Assembly: GCF_006345805.1 (NCBI RefSeq)
Contig: NC_043013.1
Coordinates: 7,936,001-8,000,000, forward strand
Direction of reading: 5' to 3'
DNA: 64,000 bases
DNA from: Octopus sinensis
Taxonomy: Eukaryota
The stretch's first letter is position 1, and the number at the start of each line of letters is the position of its first letter. The position numbers were made by a program, and so were the translations under genes. Positions 38,836-51,664 of this stretch are shown here, piece after piece. The notes beneath the pieces are model-generated. The model was not told the DNA's origin and ran no database searches. It saw nothing but the letters and a program-made list of their open reading frames with translations.

Positions 38836-39785
38836 AATACCTCTGCCTTCTCTGCCTTAGCGAAGGCAGAGGTATTGTTTTCAGTCATGTTTGTTTGTTT
38901 GCTTGTTTGTCCATGGACAAGATATCTCAAGAACTGCTGGATGGATTTGGATGAAACTTTCAGGGATGTTTGGCCTCATAACTGGCATGAATTGATAAGA
39001 TTTGGGGATCAAACCAGTATCAGACAAGGATTCCAGATTATTTGTTACATTTACTTTACATGATTACGATCTTATGTTGACTTTCAAGTCTTTCTCAATT
39101 ATCTCCCTTTAGGACGTTTCCAAAGTTTTATTTTCGTTTCTCAATTAATAATTTTACTCGCATCTCTGTCTTAGTAGAAACTGATGGGTAAAGAAATCAA
39201 ACCACATAAACAAATGACAGCAAAATCATTCAGAAATTAAATAATACTAACATACTTTTATGACACATATTATATATTATATATACATATTAACACTTTA
39301 CAGTATACTTACATATATACATACATCTATATATCGATCTAAAACAACAGGAATATTAAAGGAAGGCCAGAATTTAAGAGAAGACAAAACCAAAAGGCCT
39401 CAAGCTATTCATTTAAAAATACCTGAGTAGAATTTGTTATTACCTCTACCTTTGAAACTATTTTGAATGGTGAATTTGTTAATTTTGGCTTGTATTAAAT
39501 AAAGATAAACTACTTATTACTGTTACTAAATTTTCCACAGCCACCTTTACATTCCATGACTACCATTGGGATCGATTAGGTACTGGACTAGGATTCTGAA
39601 TTATTTTTCTGTTTTTTTTTTACTTAATTTTAGAGAGCGGTTGGGTTCATTTTTAATATTCTCGTTTGTGAGAGCAGTCGAGTTTATTTCAGATATTCTC
39701 ATTTTAAAAGTCATCTCTGGTTAATTGTTGAAAGGACGTGGGTGTTGCCTTGGCGGAGGTTTGTGCTCTCCAAGTGCTCTTGTTA
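38836..39785 (+). mobile_element. Helentron-associated (HINE/DINE-1-like) element
   Basis: atacctctgcc..tagcgaaggcagaggtat palindrome, (TTTG)n, gatatctcaagaactgctggatggatttggatgaaac core; far end ccttggcggaggtttgtgctctccaagtgc. Confidence 0.6.
39541..39579 (+). CDS. candidate 39-nt exon xTFTFHDYHWDRL (or terminal xHLYIP*)
   Basis: Branch-point-like tactaa plus ttttccacAG; tag|GTACTG. Confidence 0.35.
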   Translation, partial: PPLHSMTTIGID

Positions 39786-39786
39786 C

Positions 39787-39819
<33 letters not shown>

Positions 39820-40557
39820 GGTGATGAACTGGCAGAATTGTTAGCGCACTGGGCAAAATGCTTAGAGACATTTCATCCGTTTTTATGTTCTGAGCTCAAA
39901 TTCTGCCATGGTCAACTTTGCCTTTCATTCTTTCAGAGTCTATAAAATAAGTACCTGCTGAGTACTGGGATCAATGTAATCGACTTACCTCCTCCCTCGA
40001 ACTTGCTGGCCTTGTGCCAAAATTTGAAACCAATATTTAATAGCTATCACAACCAGAGTTCTATACTTCTCTCATTTAATATGTTAATTGTTTTACAAAT
40101 CAAAAAAAAAAAAAAACTGGTACTGAGTCGGTTACGACGACGAGGGTTCCGGTTGATCCAAATCAACGGAACAGCCTGCTCGTGAAATTAACGTGTAAGT
40201 GGCTGAGCACTTCACAGACACGTGTACCCTTAACGTAGTTCTCGGGGATATTCAGCGTGACACAGAGAGTGACAAGGCCGGCCATTTGAAATTCAGGTAC
40301 AACAGAAACAGGAAGTAAGAGTGAACTGGAGCAATGTGAGATAAAGTGACTTGCTCAAGGACACAATGCATTGCTGGGAATTGAATTCTGACCTTATGAT
40401 CGGGAGCCAAATACCCCAACCACTAGGTGACGTACCTTCGATGTACAAATCAACAACAGGAACAAATACATCATCAACTCTTCGTTGTCATTTACCTTTA
40501 GAGGTATTGACAATTTCCTTGTACATTTTTCTTTTTCATGTTTGGTGTGGAGTAAAG

Positions 40558-40982
40558 TGGCAAGCTGGCAGAAACATTAGCAAGCCGGGCAAAATGCTTA
40601 GCGGTATTTCGTCTGTCTTTACATTCTGAGTTCAAATTCCACTGAGGTCAACTTTGCCTTTCATCCTTTTGGGGTTGATAAATTAAGTACCAGTTACACA
40701 CTGGGGTTGATGTAATCGACTTAATCTCTTTGTCTGTCCTTGTTTGCCCCCTCTATGTTTAGCTCCTTGTGGGTAATAAAGAAATAAGAAACATTAGCAT
40801 GCCAGGCAAAATGCTTAGTATTTTGTCTGTCTTTACGTTCTGAATTCAAATTCCACCGAGGTCAACTTTGCCTTTCATCCTTTCGGGGTCAATAAATTAA
40901 GTACCAGTTGCATACTGGGATCGTTCTAATCCACTGGCCCTCTCCCCACAAATTTCAGGCCTTGTGCCTTTTGTAGAAAAGA
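40558..40982 (+). mobile_element. family D SINE dimer flanked by a ~20-bp direct repeat
   Basis: atgtttggtgtggagtaaag (40538-40557) / atgtttggtctggagtaaag (40983-41002). Confidence 0.85.
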
Positions 40983-41349
40983 ATGTTTGGTCTGGAGTAA
41001 AGGGTTGTGCTCATCTCATTCCCTTCACAAACCTTTTGAGATCTTGGTTTTGGTTCTTGAGAAATAATTTTGGTTAGCTTCATATTAATGGATGTCATTA
41101 ATGTTAAGAAAACTTTTTATTCTATGAACTAAACATTCATAGATAATTGTTTACTCTTTCTCTTTTCTTTTTTTTAATTAAATTCAATAGGTGTTAGTGT
41201 GGGTGTGTGGTTAGGAAGTATGGTTTTAGGTTCAGCTCTACAGCATGGCATCTTGGCCAAGTGTATTCTACCCTATAGTCCTGGGCCAACTAATGCCTTG
41301 TGAGTGAATTTGGTACATGGAAACTGTATATATATATATATATATATAG

Positions 41350-41545
41350 TTAATCCAAACAAGAAAACACATAAAAAAAAACACAGCAACGCGAGGACGT
41401 GGAACAAAGTATTATTGGATGCTCAGGGAAAAAGGAGGGTTTAACGTTTTGAGCAGAGCTCTTCGTCGGAAACATAGGAGAAGGAAAGATTCCGAGAAGG
41501 GAAGACAGAGGAAAAAAAATCGCCGGCGGTACTCACGAGGTCACA
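41350..41545 (-). mobile_element. family F1 element
   Basis: Homologous to 23454; the hammerhead keeps CCGACGA, but GAAA reads AAAA. Confidence 0.8.
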
Positions 41546-41845
41546 TATATATATATGTGTGTGTGCATATATATATATATGTGTGTGTGTGTGCATGTGC
41601 GTGTGTGTGTGCGTGTGCGCACATTTTTGTTTGTGTTTGTGTATGTTCCGCTACCATTGCTTGACAACTGGATTTGTTTTTAATGTCCCTGTGACTTAGC
41701 AGTTTGGCAAAAGATCTCAATAGAATAAGGACCTGACTTAAAAATAAGTTCTGGGGTAATTAATTTGTTTTACTAAACCCATCAAGGTGATACCACAGAG
41801 TGGCTGCCATCCAATGACTGAAACAAGATAAAAGATAAATATATA

Positions 41846-42074
41846 CTCTTTTACTCTCTTTACTCTTTTATTTGTTTCAGTCATTTGACTGTGGCCATGC
41901 TGGAGCACCACCTTTAGTGAAGCAAATCGATCCCAGGACTTATTCTTTGTAAGCCCAGTACTTATTCTATTGGTCTCTTTGCTGAACCGCTAAGTTACAG
42001 GGACGTAAACACACCAGCATTGGTCATCAAGCAATGCTGGGAGGACTAACACAGACACACAAATATATACACAC

Positions 42075-42105
<31 letters not shown>

Positions 42106-42276
42106 CATATATACGATGGGCTTCTTTCAGTTTCCGTCTACCAAATCCACTCACAAGGCATTGGTCAGCCCGAGGCTATAGTAGCAGACACCTGCCCAAG
42201 GTGCCATGCAGTGGGACTGAACCCAGAACCATGTGGTTGGTAAGCAAGCTACTTACCACACAGCCACTCCTGCACC
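41846..42276 (-). mobile_element. family B SINE
   Basis: Full length. Confidence 0.9.
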
Positions 42277-43112
42277 TATATATATTCTTTTTTTTTATAG
42301 GATTACTTATACTTTTGAGGGTACTGGATTATTCCAATTTCTCCAATGCATTTCCTTATGAGACAGTTCACTCATCTAAACTAAATGTTATATTTCTCCT
42401 ATTCTCTCCCTTTCCTCTTCTTTCTCTCTCCCAATTCTTTCCATTCAAATACATTAATTTAAATTGCAGCTGAGTGTTGGGTATATATGTACTGAATCAC
42501 AATATTTAAACCATTGTTATCTTTGTTCTGTCTCTTTATGAAATTAAACTGTATTTTCCATTCGAAGTATAATTATACTTAACTACCATAATTAATTAAT
42601 TGTCTAAATGTCCAAAATAATTTGTTGTTCACAAAACTATTAGCAGTTATCTCTAGAGATGATATTTTTTTTAATGATATTTATTCCAGTTAAAGCAGTA
42701 AGCTGGTGGAATCGTTAACATACCGGACAAAATGCTTAACGACATTTCATCTGTCCTTACGTTCTAAGCTCAAAATCTGCCAAGGTCGACTTTGTCTTTC
42801 ATCCTTTCGGGGTCAATAAAATAAGTACCAGCTGCGCACTGGGGTTGATGAAATTGACTTATCCCCCTCCCCCGAAATTGCTGACCTTGTGCGAAAAATT
42901 TCAAACCAATATTTACTCTAGTTGAGGAACTGAGCTGGCAGAGTTGTTACCATGCTGGGCAAAATGCTTAGTGGCATTTTGTCCAACTACACGTTCCGAG
43001 TTCAAATACCCCTGGGTTTGAATGTTCCTTTCATCCTTTCAGGTTCGATGAAATAAGTACCAGTTGAGCACTGAAGTTGATACAATATATGTATGTATAA
43101 TATATGTATAAT

Positions 43113-43496
43113 GGAAGCACTCTGTCGGTTACGACAACGAGGGTTCCAGTTGATCTGAATCAACGGAACAGCCTGCTTGTGAAATTAACATGTAAGTGGC
43201 TGAGCACTCCACAGACACGTGTACCCTTAACGTAGTTCTCGGGGATATTCAGCGTGACACAGAGAGTGACAAGGCCGGCCCTTTGAAATACAGGTACAAC
43301 AGAAACAGGAAGTAAGAGTGAGAGAAAGTTGTGGTAAAAGAGTACAGCAGGGATCACCACCATCCCCTGCCAGAGCCTCGTAGAGCTTTAGGTGTTTTTG
43401 CTCAATAAACACTCACAACGCCCGGTCTGGGAATCGAAACCGCGATCCTATGACCGCGAGTCCGCTGCCCTAACCACTGGGCCATTGCGCCTCCAC
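43113..43496 (-). mobile_element. family C tRNA(Arg)-like SINE, full length
   Basis: Near-identical reverse complement of 49701-50085. Confidence 0.9.
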
Positions 43497-43552
43497 TCTT
43501 ACTTATTTTATAAACTAAATGAAATGATTCACTGACCAATTCCATATCTCAG

Positions 43553-43610
43553 AATAAAACACCTAATGATGGCTGGAGATCCAATTGATGAAAACTTAGC
43601 ATGGATGTAA
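43553..43610 (+). CDS. candidate terminal exon xIKHLMMAGDPIDENLAWM*
   Basis: cactgac branch-like motif plus ccatatctcAG; protein not recognised. Confidence 0.25.
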
Positions 43611-44177
43611 CAATTAAAGAAATGCTCCTGTCCAGAGATTATCAAGATTATATTAATAGTAAATGGACTGTATTTTGTGTTGTGGACAATGCATTTCTCT
43701 TTTGTAAAAGTTGAACCACCTTGGTGCAGTGCAAAGATGCTTAGTTGTCTCTTTTGTCTTTTACTTATTTCTGTCGTTGGACTACAGGCCATGCTGGGGC
43801 ATCACCTCGAAGGGTTTTAGGTGCACAAATAGGCCTCATTACTTATTTTTCTCTTTTTAAACATGGTACTTATTCCATCAGTTTCTTCCGCTGAACTGTG
43901 AAGCTGTAAGGATGTAAACTTATCAACACCAGTTGTCAAGCGAAGGTGTCAAGAGAGAAAAACAAAGATGCATGCACACACACACACAAACCAACACACA
44001 CACATGCATACACACACACACACACACACACCACACACACACACACACAGGTACAGAATGGGCTTCTACACATTTTCTGTTTACCAAATTCATTCACAAG
44101 ACATTGCTTGGCCGAAGGCTATAGTTAGAGACACTTGCTCAAGTTGTCATACAACGGGCCTAAATTCAAAACCATTT

Positions 44178-44582
44178 AAGGCGGCTAGCTGGCAGAAACG
44201 TTAGCACGCTGGGCGAAATGCTTAGCGGTATTTCGTCTGCCGTTACGTTCTGAGTTCAAATTCCGCCGAGGTCGACTTTGCCTTTCATCCTTTCGGGGTC
44301 AATAAATTAAGTACTAGTTACGAACTGGGATTGATATAATCGACTTAATCCCTTTGTCTGTCCTTGTTTGTCCCCTCTATGTTTAGCCCCTTGTGGGTAA
44401 TAAAGAAATAATAAATAAAGCGCAGGAGTGGCTGTGTGGTAAGTAGCTTGTTACCAACCACATGGTTCTGGGTTCAGTTCCACTGCGTGGTACCTTGGGC
44501 AAGTGTCTTCTACTATAGCCTCGGGCCGACCAAAGCCTTGTGAGTAGATTTGGTAGATGGAAACTAAAAGAAGCCTGTTGTA

Positions 44583-44622
<40 letters not shown>

Positions 44623-44834
44623 TGTATGTTTGTGTTTATCCCCCTAGCATTGCTTGACAACCGATCCTGGTGTGTTTATGTCCCCGTTACTTAGCAGTTC
44701 GGCAAAAGAGACCGATAGAATAAGTACTGGGCTTACAAAAGAATAAGTCCTGGGATCGAGTTGCTCGATTAAAGGCGGTGCTCCAGCATGGCCGCAGTCA
44801 AATGACTGAAACAAGTAAAAGAATTAAAAGAGTA
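44178..44834 (+). mobile_element. adjacent family D (44178-44410) and family B (44420-44834) SINEs
   Basis: Both near full length. Confidence 0.9.
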
Positions 44835-45261
44835 AATTCGAAACCATGTGGTTGTAAAGCCAACTTCTTAACCACACAGCTACGCCTGCACCCAATTCTA
44901 CTCTAACTTCATTTATTCCTACCAGAATTTTAGGTACCAAATGCACTGAGATTCAATAGTAGAAAGTGCTAAGAGAAGACTTACAGAACAGATATGCTAA
45001 ACACTTATCTTCGATTGGATTGTGCTTTGCCAAAAGTATGTTGAAACTAAATGTAATTCACCAGGTTGTTGAGAACTCTTATATCTGAGATGTCACAAAA
45101 TGAAATTTAAAGTTTGGCTCTGTGTCTATGTATATTACAAATCAATGCTTTTTGCTGTCGGCAGCTTTATGGAATCGGAGGAAGTACTTGATGTATCTTC
45201 TACTTCTCTTAGCTCCTACTGTATCTCACATTTTAAATTCCATACCAAATATTTTCTTTAA

Positions 45262-45480
45262 CCCTTTAGTGTTCAGATTATTCTATCAAACATAATGCTT
45301 ATTGATTCCCATTGATTTGAATTAATCATGCATTATGTCATAGCTTCAAGATCTTGATGGTGTAATTACTTAATGTAGAATAACATTGTAGGGTAGGTGT
45401 GAGAGCCTGGATATGGTCAGTTTGAACATAAAACAGATTAGCTATTTTTGCCGGGTATGGCCAGTTTAAATACTAAAGGG
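45262..45480. mobile_element. piggyBac-type MITE
   Basis: TTAA|ccctttag...ctaaaggg|TTAA. Confidence 0.85.
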
Positions 45481-45834
45481 TTAAATTTTCCTTTTTTTTG
45501 CCAGAGTGTAATAATATAAATATGAAATTTAGTTACATAGGTATACTCTTTTATTCTTTTACTTGTTTCAGTTATTCGACTGTGGCCATGCTGGAGTGCC
45601 TCCTTTAGTCAAACAAATCAACTCCGGGACTTATTCTTTGTAAGCCTAGTACTCATTCTATCAATCTCTTTTGCTGAACCGTTAAGTTATGGGGACGTAA
45701 ACACCCCAACATCGGTTGTCAAGTGATGGTGGGAGGGACAAATACCCAAACATTTACATACATCAATATATATATATATATATTTATATATATGTATGTA
45801 TGTGTATATATATATATATATATATTTATATATT

Positions 45835-46042
45835 GTGACCGCGTGTGTACCGTTGGCGATTTTTTTTTTCCTCTGTCTTCCCTTCTCTGGATCATTCCTT
45901 CTCCTATGATTCCGACAAAGAGCTCTGCTCGAAATGTAAAACCCTCCTTCTTTCCTTCTTTCCTGAGTGTCCAATAATACTATATTTGTTCCACGTCCTT
46001 GCGTTGTTGTGTTTTTTGTGCTTTCTTGTTTGGATTAACTAT
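45835..46042 (+). mobile_element. family F1 element
   Basis: Reverse orientation of the F1 sequence; gatt-CCGACAA-agagctctgctc-GAAA-tgt-a-aaac. Confidence 0.8.
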
Positions 46043-46137
46043 ATATATACACACACACATATATATACTCTTGGGTTGACCAAAACCTGAGTGGATTTGG
46101 TTGATGGAAACTGAAAGAAGCTAATCGTATATGTGTG

Positions 46138-46175
<38 letters not shown>

Positions 46176-46379
46176 TTTGTCACCCCATCATCGCTTGACA
46201 ACCAGTGCTGGTGTGTTTGCACCCCCGTAATTTAGCAGTTTGGCAAAGAGCTCAATAAAATATATCCTGGGATTGAACTGTTCAACAAAAACACTTCAAG
46301 GCTGTGCCCCAGCATAGCCACAGTCAAATGACGGAAAGAAAAAAAGCAACAAAAGAATATAATACACACATAAACACAG

Positions 46380-46495
46380 CAAATTCCTGTAATAATGGAC
46401 AAAGAAATAACAGTTAAAAGAATACCTTCTTGTCCTGGTCCCTTTGAGTATATATTTGTTGCAATCAAGGCACAAGAGAAATTAATGTGTACCAA
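46380..46495 (+). CDS. weak exon candidate QIPVIMDKEITVKRIPSCPGPFEYIFVAIKAQEKLMCT
   Basis: Open frame with donor aa|GTAATT, but a poor acceptor. Confidence 0.2.
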
Positions 46496-46728
46496 GTAAT
46501 TAATATTTACATAAAAGGTTAATTGCCTAAAATACTGTAGCAATTAATAATTATACTTTTTATACATTTAGTATGCATACACTTCTGTCTAAGCGTATGA
46601 TTTTGATGCATACAAATGTGTACTATAAATTATTGTGGGAGTATTAGCATCCTTATGTATTATATGTAAAAAGGGTGGGTTAGTTAGTTTTATTACAATT
46701 GCTGTATAAAATGCATAGAACTGATTCA

Positions 46729-46893
46729 GGCGCAGGAGTGGCTGTGTGGTAAGTAGCTTGTCTACCAACCACATGGTTCCGGGTTCAGTCCCACTGCGTG
46801 GCACCTTGGGCAAGTGTCTTCTACTATAGCCTCGGGCCGACCAAAGCCTTGTGAGTGGATTTGGTAGACGGAAACTGAAAGAAGCACGTCGTA

Positions 46894-46933
<40 letters not shown>

Positions 46934-47150
46934 TGTGTGTGTTTGTGTGTCTGTGTTTGTCCTCCTAGCATTGCTTGACAACCGATGCTGGTGTGTTTAT
47001 GTCCCCGTTACTTAGCGGTTCAGCAAAAGAGACGGATAGAATAAGTACTGGGCTTACAAAAGAATAAGTCCCAGGGTCGAGTTGCTCGATTAAAGGCGGT
47101 GTTCCAGCATGGCCGCAGTCAAATGACTGAAACAAGTAAAAAGAGTAAAA
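46729..47150 (+). mobile_element. family B SINE
   Basis: Full length and young-looking. Confidence 0.92.
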
Positions 47151-47612
47151 AAAGAGAGTATATATCCCAAGTGAAATATGTACCCTAAATGCAAACTAAA
47201 ATAGATTTAGAAATAACCCTGATCTTCACTTGTGTAGGCTGCAAAAGTGCAGCGACTCCGAAGTCAATATAAAAATCAAACATTCATATTTTTTCATGAA
47301 AAAACAATGTGATTCATACATGAATAAATATAGTATGTGTGTCTGTGTGTGTGTTAGATTGTGTGTGTATATATATATATTATATGTAAAGGAATTAGAA
47401 ACGGAAAGTACTTGGTGCAGTATTTAGGAACATGAATAAGAATAACTTGAATGAATTCTCTGATAATTTTTTCCTGCTTCGGTAATTAGATGTTTACAAA
47501 TTATTAAATACATTTAACGATTTTTAAACATCTAATTATTAAAGTGGAAAAAAAATGATCAGAGAAGTCATTCTCATGTGTGTGTGTGTGGTGTGTGTGT
47601 TGTGTGTGTGTG

Positions 47613-47654
<42 letters not shown>

Positions 47655-47850
47655 TGATAGATTGTTAGTCACTACACACATTGTTTTTCTCTCCTTGTTT
47701 CTCTCCTTGTTTTTTCTGTGTCCCTTTCTGTAGAAGAGCAAAGGCTCGAAACGTAAAAGACTTTTTCTATTCCTGAACATTATACTAATACGTCTGTTGT
47801 TTTGTACACCACCTGTCTTCGTCTTTTGTTTTTTTCGTAAACTCTCCCTA
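47655..47850 (+). mobile_element. family F2 element with hammerhead fold (47724-47759, A6U)
   Basis: cttt-CTGTAGA-a-gagc-aaag-gctc-GAAA-cgt-A-aaag; (TA)n flanks. Confidence 0.75.
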
Positions 47851-48493
47851 TATATATATATATAATATATAATATATATATATAAATGTATATATATATT
47901 ATATGTATATAATTTGTATATATATATTATATATGTATATATATATATACATATAATGTAATATATACACATATATAATATATATATATGTATATGTGTA
48001 GTATATATACATACATAATATATATACATGCACATCATTATCATCATCATCATCATTTAATGTGTTTCTCATGCTGGCATGGGTTGCACAGCTTGGCAAG
48101 AGCTGAGAAGCCAGAGGACTGTGCCAAGCTCTGTGTCTGCTTTGGCAAGGTTTCTGTGGCTGGGTGCCCTTTCTAATGTCAGCTGCCTTACAGAATGCAC
48201 TGGGTCTGAGTGCTTTTCATTCACGATACCAGTACCAGCATTGAGGTCACCGAGTATATTTCAAGACAAAGGTACCACCACACATTGAGGGAAATGGCTT
48301 CGGTGTCAGATTAGGAGAGATTAAACTATGGCAAGAGGGACGGAAACAGATGTTTTGCTGAAGAGGAGACACATAGTTATCACTTTTGAAGGAGAGAGAA
48401 AGAGAGTGAGAGAGTTGGTGGAGAAGATGTGTGATTAATTAAACAGAAAGCATTGCATTTGATAGTTTAATGTGAATGCTAAAGGGTTAAATA

Positions 48494-48976
<483 letters not shown>

Positions 48977-49700
48977 ATCCATAGCTAATATAAAACAGCA
49001 AAAGATAAAAATGAGAATAAGGGAGTGATACATTCTTTTCCATTCAATGAATAAAAAAGTAAAATGCTATGAAAGAAATTCGTTTTGGGCCAAGATTATT
49101 TGTTTTATTTATTTTATTTGCTCTAACTTTTTTTGAGCACTCTCTCGGTAGACGTATGCTCTTTTCTACAATTTAAGTTTCCCTAAACAGTTTTTTCTTC
49201 CCTATTATTTCCCCCTTTCTCTCCCTTTCGCTTTCTTTCTCTACCTTTCAACCCTTTCATATCTCATTTTCATTTTCCATTATTTCCTTTAATTTCTGGG
49301 TTTTTTTTTTGTCTCTTCGCTAATTTTTAATTACTCACATCTGCTTCTTTCGTTTCATCTTCATCATACGTTTTTCTCTTTTGACATTTCTCAAACACTC
49401 CCCTTTTTTTTGTGTGTGTCACTAATGAAAGAAGCTGCAGTCATCACATATCATAGAAATATGATAGAAAAATCTAATGTCGCTATATAAGAACCATCAA
49501 TATCATTTAATGTTATATTAACCATGATTTATTGGTACCACAATGTTTAGTTTTTTGTGTTGGGCCAAAAGCTCTCAAAATAAAAGGACCTTAGGATAAT
49601 GAATCGGCTGTTATTTTGGCTATATATTCTATGGTAAACTTCTTAAGCTTCTATCATTTTTTCAAGTTAGCCCAAAAGAGCAGATCGTATTATTTGCCAT

Positions 49701-50085
49701 GTGGAGACGCAATGGCCCAGTGGTTAGGGCAGCGGACTCGCGGTCATAGGATCGCGGTTTCGATTCCCAGACCGGGCGTTGTGAGTGTTTATTGAGCAAA
49801 AACACCTAAAGCTCCACGAGGCTCCGGCAGGGGATGGTGGCGACCCCTGTTGTACTCTTTCACCACAACTTTCTCTCACTCTTAGTTCCTGTTTCTTTTG
49901 TACCTGTATTTCAAAGGGCCGGCCTTGTCACTCTCTGTGTCACGCTGAATATCCCCGAGAACTACGTTAAGGGTACACGTGTCTGTGGAGTGCCCAGCCA
50001 CTTACATGTTAATTTCACGAGCAGGCTGTTCCGTTGATTCGGATCAAACGGAACCCTCGTCGTCGTAACCGACGGAGTGCTTCCA
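49701..50085 (+). mobile_element. family C tRNA(Arg)-like SINE with TSD
   Basis: A-box tggcccagtgg, B-box-like ggtttcgattccc; attatttgccatgt duplicated on both sides. Confidence 0.92.
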
Positions 50086-50334
50086 TCCATTATTTGCCAT
50101 GTATAATCACTTGGGTTCAATGAGGTTAGCAGCGATTTGCATTGGCAAAATGAATTCCATAAAAGCAAACAATGAAGTACATTTGATTATAGCAAAGAAC
50201 TATTTAACATTTGGACAGAGATGTTTATCAAAGGCTCTGCTCCAAAAAAAACTAAGCATTTCCTTTCCTTTTGATAAAGTAACGTAGTTTTTGCCTTTAC
50301 TCGTTGCTATACATGTGTGAGTTTATATGAAGTC

Positions 50335-50335
<1 letters not shown>

Positions 50336-50367
<32 letters not shown>

Positions 50368-50515
50368 GGTGGTGGTGGTAGTAATGGCATTGGTAGTGGT
50401 AGTGGTAGTGGTGGTGGTGGTGGTAGTAGTAATAGTAGTAGTAATGGTGGTGGTGTAGTAGTGGTAGTAGTAGTAGTAATAGTGGTGGTGGTAGTGGTAA
50501 TAGTAGTAGTAGTAA

Positions 50516-50550
<35 letters not shown>

Positions 50551-50563
50551 ATAGTAGTAGTAG
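50336..50563. repeat. (GTA)n/(GGT)n tract
   Basis: Direct reading. Confidence 0.95.
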
Positions 50564-50774
50564 TAACTCCCTTATATATTCAATATACTCTTTTACTCAC
50601 TTGTATATTGTTTCAGTCATTGGACTGCAGCCATGCTGGAGCACCACTCTGTAGGGTTTTGTTGAGCTGAGTGTATCCTATGTCTGCTTCCAACTACTTA
50701 GGCTTGGGAATGATGGCCATCTGCAGGATAAATAATCATACTAGGTATCTTTCTTCATTAAAGGAACTGAATTC

Positions 50775-51478
50775 TCATCATCATCATCATCGTTTAGCCT
50801 CCGCTTTCCATGCTGGCATGGGTTGGACGGTGCAACTGGGGTCTGGGAAGCCAGAAGGCTGCACCAGGCTCCAGTCTGATCTGGCAATGTTTCTACGGCT
50901 GTATTCCCTCCCTAATGCCAACCACTCCATGAGTGTAGTGGGTGCTTTTTACGTGCCTCTGGCACAGGTGCCAGACGAGGCAGGCAAACGGCAATGATCG
51001 GATGGTGCTTTTTACGTGTCACCGGCACAGAGGCCAGACGAGGCTGGCAAATGGCAACGATCGGATGGTGCCTTTTACGTGCCACCGGCACAGAGGCCAG
51101 GCGAGGCTGGCAAACGGCCACGATCGGATGGTGCTTTTTATGTGCCACTGGCATGGAGGCCAGGCGAGGCTGGCAAATGGCCACGATCGGATGGTGCTTT
51201 TTACGTGCCACTGGCATGGAGGCCAGGCGAGGCTGGCAAACGGCCACGATCGGATGGTGCTTTTTACGTGCCACTGGCACAGAGGCCAGGCGAGGCTGGC
51301 AAACGGCAACGATCGGATGGTGCTTTTTATGTGCCACTGGCACAGAGGCCAGGCGAGGCTGGCAAACGGCAACGATCGGATGGTGCTTTTTACGTGCCGC
51401 CGGCACGGAGGCCAGGTGAGGCTGGCAAACGGCCATGATCGGATGGTGCTTTTTACGTGCCACCGGCACAGAGGCTAG
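50775..51478 (-). mobile_element. family A retroposon with a 63-bp internal array (8 units, 50996 onward)
   Basis: gatcggatggtgc recurs at 50996, 51059, 51122, 51185, 51248, 51311, 51374 and 51437. Confidence 0.95.
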
Positions 51479-51664
51479 TTGGGGCGAAAGCCAGTCGGGG
51501 TGGGAAGCCCCCCTTTTCTTCTTTATTATAGGCACGGGGCCTTAATATAAAGGTGGCATAACAAGACAAACGGGAACATAAAACAAATGATGTATGATTG
51601 ATGGAATGATTAACAAATAATGAGAATGAGACGGTTCGACTTACTTCCGCTGCGAGACGAACCA

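Noticed and set aside
44926-45035. Exon with strong acceptor (ctctaac..ctaccAG) and GTATGT donor
   Set aside because: All three frames contain stops; it could be non-coding, but there is no support.
49701-49780. tRNA-Arg gene
   Set aside because: No proper acceptor stem; it continues into a SINE body with a TSD. The same applies to all tRNA-like heads here.
50912-51535. Repeat-protein ORFs (PVARKKHHPI...)
   Set aside because: Open on both strands and in several frames because the 63-bp unit lies inside a retroposon; no coding evidence.
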